Source: a virus
Lineage: Duplodnaviria > Caudoviricetes
Length of the DNA stretch: 42,465 nt
Reading direction: 5' to 3' (one strand)
Virus record (IMG/VR): IMGVR_UViG_3300019765_000007
Span: 1-42,465 of that record
Shown here: positions 35,680 to 42,465 of the stretch, one piece after another
Layout: the number at the start of each line of letters is the position of its first letter
Numbering within the stretch: position 1 is the first letter of the stretch
Translations under genes and position numbers: made by a program
The notes under the pieces: generated by a model
Database searches by the model: none
What the model saw: the letters and a program-made list of their open reading frames with translations, nothing else
What the model was told of the DNA's origin: nothing

Positions 35680-36555
35680 TTAATTCCTTTTTGCTTTTCT
35701 TGGGCGTTTGAAAAAGCCGAAACTTTCATCTTTTTCTGACTTTTCCACGTTTGCCGTGAATGAAATTTTATCGCCTGGTTGAAGGTCTTCTACTATTAGT
35801 GATTTAGGGACAGTACCATAGATCCTAAACCCTTTTACGCTTTCTACTAACATCATCATGATTCTTGAGTTGAAAGCGAACCCTTCCTTCCATTTTATAG
35901 AAATTACGCTTCCTGTAATTTCTACCCCCTTGCCTTCCTCTACTGCTATTTTGCGTGGAGCTGGCAGCTTTTCTTGGACTGCGCGGCTTTCTTCCAGCAA
36001 CTTAATTAACAATGTTTTCTGGCGATCAGTAATATCACCAGTATTTAGATAATACTGTTTTATTGATTTACAAACATAATTATCTAAAAGTATCGCGGCT
36101 TTTAAATCTGCATCAAAAGTTTCTATTTTTAATAACCGTTGCTCTCGTGCGATTTTGTTTTCATGCCGCGTTTTAGCCGACTTTATTTTTTTACGTAATA
36201 GTTTATCTGCGCGCCCGTCAATCGTTAGATTTAAAACCGTGCTCGCGCATATGTTGCCTACGATAGCTATTTGACCTGTTTCCAGGTTTTTAAACGCACC
36301 GCCGTAGCAGAAATGCGCTCCGCAATGGTCGCAGGTGCCTTTTTTGTAATTGCGGGTGTTTTTTGTTTGGTTTTCTTTTATCTGCTTGCCGTGCCAGATC
36401 GGCAGCATAGATTTTACATCGTGGGCGCTTTGCATCTCATCTATCGCCCATGAGCCATATTCTTCCCACCAACTCTCGCTGCTTTCATATTGCAGCACGT
36501 TGGCGATTAATTGCCATTTTTTAGGATCTGTAAAATCTAGCTTCAAGAAATCCAT
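35680..36555 (-). CDS. Zn-finger plus C-terminal OB-fold-like protein
   Basis: CDHCG...VGNIC; ITG.V...K.....G.RIYGT.P......GD.I.FTA.V......FGFFKRP; start at MDFLK with GAGGT SD. Confidence 0.7.
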   Translation of the reverse strand: MDFLKLDFTDPKKWQLIANVLQYESSESWWEEYGSWAIDEMQSAHDVKSMLPIWHGKQIKENQTKNTRNYKKGTCDHCGAHFCYGGAFKNLETGQIAIVGNICASTVLNLTIDGRADKLLRKKIKSAKTRHENKIAREQRLLKIETFDADLKAAILLDNYVCKSIKQYYLNTGDITDRQKTLLIKLLEESRAVQEKLPAPRKIAVEEGKGVEITGSVISIKWKEGFAFNSRIMMMLVESVKGFRIYGTVPKSLIVEDLQPGDKISFTANVEKSEKDESFGFFKRPRKAKRN

Positions 36556-36600
36556 TTTCCCTACCTCGGCAGCCCGCCGCAATGGCGAGCTTTGGTTGGT

Positions 36601-36867
36601 TTACTGCTCATTGAAAATTGTTTGAACGTTGAGCAAGTCAAAAGCATAGGCGGCTTCATCTGAGCCTTGCAGCGTGAAAAGCTTTTCACGCTGGGCATCT
36701 GTTAATAAAAGATCAGGGAAGCGGTATCTCACACCCTCTAGTCTGAGATACCGCCGATCGCCATCGGCGTAAACAGCGGCACTAACTTTGCTGCCTAGGC
36801 GCTTTCCGCTTTCAGGGTTGACAGCTGTAGTTGATAGGTTGCCACAAGTTCTGATAAAAGTTTTCAT
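36601..36867 (-). CDS. Hypothetical protein
   Basis: AAGGA SD; first gene after predicted promoter. Confidence 0.7.
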   Translation of the reverse strand: MKTFIRTCGNLSTTAVNPESGKRLGSKVSAAVYADGDRRYLRLEGVRYRFPDLLLTDAQREKLFTLQGSDEAAYAFDLLNVQTIFNEQ

Positions 36868-36913
36868 CTGTTAATTCCTTTTTTAGTTGCTGCTTTTCTT
36901 AAGCAGTGACTAT

Positions 36914-36942
36914 ATATTATCGCGTTAATTGTTAATTTGGAA
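36914..36942 (-). promoter_or_regulatory. Predicted early promoter, copy 1
   Basis: TTCCAA-ATTAAC-N11-TAATAT with upstream A-tract. Confidence 0.5.
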
Positions 36943-36984
36943 ATATTTATTTTTAATCAAGTTCTTAGTTGTTATTGATATTTT

Positions 36985-37212
36985 TTATTGGTTGGCTGAA
37001 TAAACGAATAGCTCTGCTGTTGAATAGACAATGATTAAAATGCTTTTATCAGAAAACTTATACATTTTTGTAGCTTGATCATCATCTAAATTACTAGAGA
37101 TGGCTTTTCTTGTGCATTCGGCTTCTAGATCGTTGATGTTTTTAATTTTTAACGAGAGGTCGTTTTTATTAAGCTCAGTGTGAAAAAATTTTATCTGTTC
37201 TGCAATTGTCAT
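36985..37212 (-). CDS. Hypothetical protein (MTIAEQ...)
   Basis: AAGGA SD before internal ATG. Confidence 0.65.
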   Translation of the reverse strand: MTIAEQIKFFHTELNKNDLSLKIKNINDLEAECTRKAISSNLDDDQATKMYKFSDKSILIIVYSTAELFVYSANQ

Positions 37213-37263
37213 TTTATATCCTTTATTTCTTAGCAATTTCGGCTGCGTGCGCAGCTTATGAAT

Positions 37264-37449
37264 TTATTTGATATCGCAGAAGCCCTTTATATCATCAAAG
37301 TCAGAAGGCATCCTGCGCCATTGTGCCTGGTTGGGGGTCAAGACCTCTTCTTTTTCTAAAGAGTTGATCATTTCTCGCCAATTGCGCCTAGTTCTGGCAC
37401 TCGGCTCGAATAATTTTTGGAATAGTTTAATAGTTTGTCGCTTAGTCAC
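37264..37449 (-). CDS. Hypothetical protein, 61 aa
   Basis: AAGGAGA SD, GTG start. Confidence 0.65.
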   Translation of the reverse strand: MTKRQTIKLFQKLFEPSARTRRNWREMINSLEKEEVLTPNQAQWRRMPSDFDDIKGFCDIK

Positions 37450-37468
37450 TGTCTATCTCCTTCATTTG

Positions 37469-37503
37469 TTTCCATATTAACCAAACAACAGTTAATATGG
37501 AAA
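37469..37503. promoter_or_regulatory. 13-bp perfect inverted repeat overlapping predicted early promoter copy 2
   Basis: TTTCCATATTAAC-N9-GTTAATATGGAAA; minus strand TTCCAT-17-TAATAT. Confidence 0.65.
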
Positions 37504-37531
37504 TTGTTTTTTTAAATTAAAGAGGGAAATG

Positions 37532-37747
37532 TTATAGGCAATAACTAAAATTGAAATGGATATTGTATTTAAAAATTAGCAATAGATTGATCGCGGTAAC
37601 GATCAAGCATAAAATTGTATATTTATGCTCCTTGTTAAAAAGAGAACGCATTAGCAATGCGATTAAAACAGTTGCAATTAAAATCAATGACAGCATTTTT
37701 GTGAAAACTAGCACATAGATGATAATTTCGTTCATTGTCAATTCCAT
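37532..37747 (-). CDS. Small two-TM membrane protein
   Basis: Two hydrophobic stretches; weak SD. Confidence 0.5.
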   Translation of the reverse strand: MELTMNEIIIYVLVFTKMLSLILIATVLIALLMRSLFNKEHKYTILCLIVTAINLLLIFKYNIHFNFSYCL

Positions 37748-37776
37748 TTAAATCCGGGCATTAAGCCCGGGGTTGG

Positions 37777-38010
37777 TTATTTTTTAGCTTTTAGCTCGGC
37801 GTGAGCTGCAAACATTAACGAGTATGTAGCGTGCATCTGTTGTGCTATCAGCTCTCGTTCTTGCGGATTTGCTTGAGCTGCATAGTCTTTGATGGCTTTG
37901 ACGCTATGCGTTATGCTGATAAGCGCATTAAGCGCTTCATTGATGTTATTCAATTTCATTCCCCTTTTCTTTTTGAATCCGCTCATAGATTTCTTCGCGA
38001 TGTACTCCAA
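37777..38010 (-). CDS. Hypothetical protein (likely start MKLNN at 37959)
   Basis: AGGGG SD inside the csrA 3' end. Confidence 0.55.
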   Translation of the reverse strand: MEYIAKKSMSGFKKKRGMKLNNINEALNALISITHSVKAIKDYAAQANPQERELIAQQMHATYSLMFAAHAELKAKK

Positions 38011-38128
38011 TTTCCTTTGGAGCGTTTACGCCAATACGGACTTGATTTCCCTTTACCCCTAATACGGTTACGGTCACCTCGTCCCCAATCATTAATGTTT
38101 CGCCAACTCGGCGAGTCAAAATCAACAT
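37946..38128 (-). CDS. csrA: Carbon storage regulator CsrA/RsmA
   Basis: [49 protein letters not shown]. Confidence 0.98.
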   Translation of the reverse strand: MLILTRRVGETLMIGDEVTVTVLGVKGNQVRIGVNAPKEIGVHREEIYERIQKEKGNEIE

Positions 38129-38293
38129 CTTCCATCTCCTTGTTTGTTTGTGTAGTGCTATTACACTATATTTTTATTACCGCGTGAAATAACATTTTCC
38201 TATTAAAAGCCAGGTTTGATTAGATAGTTTCAATTAGCTTTGAAAATCTCGCGACATTATTATTTGCTCATCAACTAACAGCGAGGACGGAAA

Positions 38294-38479
38294 ATGTTGA
38301 TAAATGAATTGAGCGGAAATACAAGAGCATTTGCAGTTGCATGTTTTGATACTAACTCTCTCAAAGAGCTACAAGACGTCTGTTTAGATGAAACAGACTT
38401 AAAAATTTGGCAGATAACAGAACAACAACATGAAGCTGCTACACGAGCAGCGTTAGAGGAAAAACTATCATGTTTATAG
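38294..38479 (+). CDS. Small acidic hypothetical protein
   Basis: GAGGA SD. Confidence 0.65.
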   Translation: MLINELSGNTRAFAVACFDTNSLKELQDVCLDETDLKIWQITEQQHEAATRAALEEKLSCL

Positions 38480-38829
38480 ATGAAAAATTAAAACATAAAT
38501 TAACTAAAGAGCAAATTGATTTGCTCTTAGAAAACGGGGGGAATCGGTGGAGAACAGATAAACACGACAGAATTTATTTTAACAATATATATGAGTTGTG
38601 TGGTCTGAAATACCACACGTATAAAACCGGCAACGTACAGTCAGCATGGTTTGAACATGCTGACGGGACTATTACAAAAATTTCCAATAATAAATTTAAA
38701 AAAATCGCACCGACACAATCAAGTAAATTTTATGTTGATGTAATGAAAAATCAGTTTTCATCATATTATCTTAATGAAGATATTTTTAATTTATGCGTAT
38801 CTAAAATAGAGAAAATATTAAATGATTGA
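38470..38829 (+). CDS. Conserved hypothetical protein
   Basis: G.RW.....RIYFN, GL....YKTGN..SA and ISN......K.Y.D pattern. Confidence 0.7.
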   Translation: MFIDEKLKHKLTKEQIDLLLENGGNRWRTDKHDRIYFNNIYELCGLKYHTYKTGNVQSAWFEHADGTITKISNNKFKKIAPTQSSKFYVDVMKNQFSSYYLNEDIFNLCVSKIEKILND

Positions 38830-39070
38830 ATGTTACACGAAGCGCGCTAAAGAATCTAATATCAAAAAATCACAATTTGATTCTTTTGATGTCATCGTTC
38901 AATATGATTTTGAACAACAATGCTTGACAGCAACATTGTTGCTGTCTTGGGCGTTAAAATGGTTTTTTTCTGCTAACGTGCGAGTCTATGATATAAAAGA
39001 CGATCTATTGAACGATAGATTACATCAAATAAAATTAACAGCTATCGAATGCTATAAAAAATCCCAGTGA
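38822..39070 (+). CDS. Hypothetical protein
   Basis: Coupled to upstream gene. Confidence 0.55.
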   Translation: MIECYTKRAKESNIKKSQFDSFDVIVQYDFEQQCLTATLLLSWALKWFFSANVRVYDIKDDLLNDRLHQIKLTAIECYKKSQ

Positions 39071-39083
39071 GTAATCACTGGGA
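39056..39083 (-). terminator. Intrinsic terminator ending the late operon
   Basis: TCCCAGTGA-TTAC-TCACTGGGA-TTTTTT at the convergence of two operons. Confidence 0.85.
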
Positions 39084-39125
39084 AAAATAAAACTAATAAT
39101 AAGACCATCTCAATATAACAAATTG

Positions 39126-39515
39126 CTATAAACTTTCCAACTTTAATTTCAAATCGCTGACTTGTCGTTCCATGCTTTCCTTTTCTCCTTTATCCATAAT
39201 CGAATTATCTATAATTTCGGACAATTGTTTTATGGATTTTTCTGTTTTTTGTTTTTCCATTTTTTTAAAGTCAAAACCTGGAATTTTTTCTTTCATTGGA
39301 TAAATGCCATTTTTGCAAACCCATCTATAGCCAGGTTCATGGTTGCTAGTAAACCATTTTTTAGCATCGCCAGGCATGTCATTAATGTGCGTGCAACCTT
39401 CAACATCACAACAAATTTTCCCATTCATAATAACAATTTTAGGAAAATTTTTAGTTTTAGGATTGTAATATTTTTTGCCTTCTTTTAAATCAACATGTTT
39501 TGACATTTTAGTCAC
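39126..39515 (-). CDS. Hypothetical protein after the tail fibre gene (possible fibre chaperone)
   Basis: Position only. Confidence 0.55.
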   Translation of the reverse strand: MTKMSKHVDLKEGKKYYNPKTKNFPKIVIMNGKICCDVEGCTHINDMPGDAKKWFTSNHEPGYRWVCKNGIYPMKEKIPGFDFKKMEKQKTEKSIKQLSEIIDNSIMDKGEKESMERQVSDLKLKLESL

Positions 39516-39516
39516 C

Positions 39517-40335
39517 TTAAGCTACTTGCGTTGTGTCAACATGCCAAAACACATCAACAAAAAATCCAGTAGGACCATAAACAAAAACTTGGAAATCATT
39601 TTGCGTTCTTGAAAGTGTCGGGCATTCTATATGGAATGATCCACCGGCTGTTGTAAATGATGGCGCGCTTTCAAATGATGTTTGTATATCGTAATCAGAA
39701 GGAACAAGATAACTAGCAGGTAGTGTCACAGTCCCTAAAAATCCATCATTACAAAATCCTGAAATTCTGCCAAATTGTGTTCTACGATTACTAGACCACA
39801 ATAAAAAATAACCATTAGCGTTCTGCGTAGAAAGGATAACTTGATCAGTTGCAAGTGGGTTAGAGTTTGGGTTGCCAACTACTGCAAGTTCATTGAAACC
39901 AATTCCTACATCAAATTGAGATGCTGTCCCTACGTTACCCGCGTCTATAATACGCCAATTTGCGGCATTGGTTGGCAATGTCGTATTGTTGTTAATCAAA
40001 GACTCATAAAGTCTAAACCCGCCACCTGGGTCATACCTTACTCTTGCGTATTGCGAATAAGGAAAAGGATTACCTTGGTTTTGTGACGATTCGATAAAAT
40101 CAGGGACACCCCTTTCTTGATATTCTTTTAATGATACCGTTGCGTTATAAAAGTTTTCGTTAAATTGTCGACGCTCAACTCGTCTTGCTGTTGCCTGTGT
40201 GTCAGGGTCTAATTCGTATGTTGTGCCATAGCCATCTGTGTAATTAACGATTCCAGATGGTTGGCTATCTTCCTCAATTGGCGTTCTATCGCCAGCAGCG
40301 CCAAATGGCGTTCTAAAATAATAAGTTAATGCCAT
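39517..40335 (-). CDS. Short tail fibre protein
   Basis: F..PF...GD...I.......G.V.Y..GY...YE baseplate-attachment N-terminus; NGY......QFG C-terminal domain. Confidence 0.8.
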   Translation of the reverse strand: MALTYYFRTPFGAAGDRTPIEEDSQPSGIVNYTDGYGTTYELDPDTQATARRVERRQFNENFYNATVSLKEYQERGVPDFIESSQNQGNPFPYSQYARVRYDPGGGFRLYESLINNNTTLPTNAANWRIIDAGNVGTASQFDVGIGFNELAVVGNPNSNPLATDQVILSTQNANGYFLLWSSNRRTQFGRISGFCNDGFLGTVTLPASYLVPSDYDIQTSFESAPSFTTAGGSFHIECPTLSRTQNDFQVFVYGPTGFFVDVFWHVDTTQVA

Positions 40336-42158
40336 TATAAAACTCCAGAAAAGAAATTACCGTTTTCAAAATTTAATCCATCAGGATCAAAACCAAAAGA
40401 GTCAATACCTGATACCATTATTTCTATGCTGACACCTGATGGCCTTGGCAGTAAATCAAATTCTTGTAAAATAAATAGTATTTGGGCATCTGGTTGCTGA
40501 GTAAAAACATAAGTCATTGTCATGTCTAGGTTGTCAATCGCATACAAAACACCAGGACCAAACAAAAATGCAAGAAATTCATTAATTTCAGGCACGGCAC
40601 CACTACTAACTAATTGATAATAACGTAATCGTAATAGTAATCGCCTTTGCTCTAACGTTAGACCAACAATGCCAAAGGCATCAGTAGCAAAATTACCGTT
40701 GTTAAAATTTTGCGTTATTGTACTTCCTAGCGGGTCTTGACCATTTGCGATATCAGAAACTTGAGCGCTATTTAAACCAGTTTCCCATACTCTAAAATTA
40801 TTCAGATGGCCATAAAGGTTCCCGCCAAGTGACAAGAATGGCGCCCCACTAATGCCGCTTGCCACTTGATCTAAGAGCGATCCATTAACATATAAATTAG
40901 CATTGCTGCCATCAAACACACAAGCAACTTGGCTTATTACCTGGATATCTATAAAAGCCCCTGTTGCCGTTGATACTCCATCAGCAGTAAAATTAATCGT
41001 TCCATTATTTAAAAAACAACTAATAGACCCTAAAGAAAAAATTTCTTGATTAGAACCAGTGAATCCTAAAATGTCAAAATCAACAACAAAACTTACAGGG
41101 CCAGACGTGTCAATACTTGGAGACGCTACAACCAAGCTTTCAAATTCTCTAGAACCTGGCGCTATATCTGACTCTATGTAGCTACTAGCAAATGATGTTA
41201 ATTCAACCTGTGGCTGCCCGTACCAAAATGATACAGGTGCTGCAATTGCATCAATTACAACTTGATGTTGTATCTCAACATCTGTTCGATTAATGTCGTT
41301 AGTAAATACACCTTCAATTCTAAGCCAATTACCTGTTGTTTGAATAACTCTAATACTTAATCTTGGGTCTGGAAATGCGATAGATAGATCATCAATATTT
41401 ATTCTTGGACCAGTGATGAAACCGCCACTATCCTGCACGCGAATACGTAACCTTATCGTTGTATTTGCTGGATTGGGCAGAACCCATGCTGATATATTTA
41501 CCGTTTCACCCGCGTTTAACGTCGGTATATTTTCAGATCTATTTACAGTGTAAAACTGTGTTGCTGGATCAGCCGGAAATTCTATTCTAACAGATGGCGT
41601 ATTTCTTACTGACAATACACCTGGGTCTGAAGTCAAAGTAAGTGATGCTGATGTATCCCACTGTGTAAAATCTTCAGAGTTTAAAAATTCATTATCACCC
41701 TGACCTTCAAGTAATATCCCTTCATTTTCTGGCCTAAACTGATCATTGAAAGAAGTCAACACTATGCCATTTGTGGCTAAGTATGTTGCCTCACTAAAAC
41801 GGTTAAATATTGGCGTGCCTGACCCTATGTCAATGTTGATATCATTTTCTAAATCCATTTGAAAATTAATATTTAAAGGACTACCAAAACCAAATGCCGG
41901 GTAATCTGTTGGTGATACATCAGAATCACCAAATAACGGAAGATCTAATATAATAGACCAAATAGATAATCCAAAATCATTTGCTGTTCTTAAATCAAAA
42001 ACATCTCTTACCCAATTGTCCCAAAACTCTTGCTGGTTTTCTTGATACCAATCTTGTTTTTTTTGTAAAAGATTTTGTAAATTTTCTGCTTGATTAAAAT
42101 TCCAAAGAATATGCTGTAGAAGATCAACAGAAAAATCAAATTCTTGTATGCGGCTCAT
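40335..42158 (-). CDS. Baseplate wedge protein (DUF2612-like) with ~390-aa internal lectin-like insertion
   Basis: W..DVFDL.TANDFGL.IW..IL in the N-half; LT.EQ.R..LRLRY, D..DMTM.Y and LPRP.GV in the C-half. Confidence 0.85.
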   Translation of the reverse strand: MSRIQEFDFSVDLLQHILWNFNQAENLQNLLQKKQDWYQENQQEFWDNWVRDVFDLRTANDFGLSIWSIILDLPLFGDSDVSPTDYPAFGFGSPLNINFQMDLENDINIDIGSGTPIFNRFSEATYLATNGIVLTSFNDQFRPENEGILLEGQGDNEFLNSEDFTQWDTSASLTLTSDPGVLSVRNTPSVRIEFPADPATQFYTVNRSENIPTLNAGETVNISAWVLPNPANTTIRLRIRVQDSGGFITGPRINIDDLSIAFPDPRLSIRVIQTTGNWLRIEGVFTNDINRTDVEIQHQVVIDAIAAPVSFWYGQPQVELTSFASSYIESDIAPGSREFESLVVASPSIDTSGPVSFVVDFDILGFTGSNQEIFSLGSISCFLNNGTINFTADGVSTATGAFIDIQVISQVACVFDGSNANLYVNGSLLDQVASGISGAPFLSLGGNLYGHLNNFRVWETGLNSAQVSDIANGQDPLGSTITQNFNNGNFATDAFGIVGLTLEQRRLLLRLRYYQLVSSGAVPEINEFLAFLFGPGVLYAIDNLDMTMTYVFTQQPDAQILFILQEFDLLPRPSGVSIEIMVSGIDSFGFDPDGLNFENGNFFSGVL

Positions 42159-42465
42159 TGCAAAATTACCTGGATGTTATTTTCGGTTATTCTTGCAACT
42201 TGCTCTATTGATATTGGAAAAGTTGTTGTTTGATAAATTGGCGACACGATATCTTCTGATACTTCAACAGTAACAATAAAAATATTAGATAATGAAAAAT
42301 TAATAGCGGATCCAATTTCAAACGGTGACACGTCTTGACCAATAACAAAACCAGGCTGATTTTCTATTTCTCCTTGAGAGTAAAGAATAACAGCTTCTCT
42401 AATTGATTGCTCTGGATCATCAGTGCCAGCACTGACCCTAGCAGTAACACGTATTAACATGTTAA
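42155..42465 (-). CDS. Baseplate J-like protein, 3' part (continues from 1..1018)
   Basis: In frame across the circular join; GF.IG.DVSPFEI motif. Confidence 0.9.
   Translation of the reverse strand, partial: NMLIRVTARVSAGTDDPEQSIREAVILYSQGEIENQPGFVIGQDVSPFEIGSAINFSLSNIFIVTVEVSEDIVSPIYQTTTFPISIEQVARITENNIQVILQ
42343..42465. repeat. Terminal direct repeat, copy 2
   Basis: Identical to 1-123. Confidence 0.97.

Noticed and set aside
37754-37770. CCGGGC-N5-GCCCGG hairpin as a terminator
   Set aside because: It lacks a convincing U-tract on either strand; possibly a processing or stability hairpin, but unsupported.

Overview
Apparently complete, circularly permuted, AT-rich tailed-phage genome of 42,342 bp (bases 1-123 are identical to 42343-42465). 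It has a contractile tail and a Bcep781/AP22-like morphogenesis module. The host is probably a gammaproteobacterium, because the phage carries a near-canonical csrA. Minus-strand late region (39126-42342 joined to 1-18977): terminase, portal, protease/scaffold, capsid, neck, sheath, tube, frameshifted chaperone, tape measure, baseplate and a short fibre. Leftward early arm: Sm-like protein plus Gly-X peptide, Erf, YqaJ exonuclease, MazG-like protein, tRNA(CAU), M23 protein and membrane genes. Rightward arm: Cro-like HTH, replication initiator and nin-like genes. Accessory block: PagP-like OMP, MarR and csrA. No integrase, CI-type repressor, Q antiterminator, helicase, polymerase or spanin was recognised. 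Main highlights: (1) a near-consensus promoter, ~95-nt leader and terminator unit directly upstream of terS, whose RNA is complementary to the SD-AUG regions of the phage's own middle genes, in a genome that also encodes CsrA and an Sm-like protein; (2) lectin-like domains grafted into two core virion proteins; (3) a peptide, membrane protein and holin-like trio; (4) a LECT2-like M23 protein. All family calls are motif recognition by eye, not database searches.
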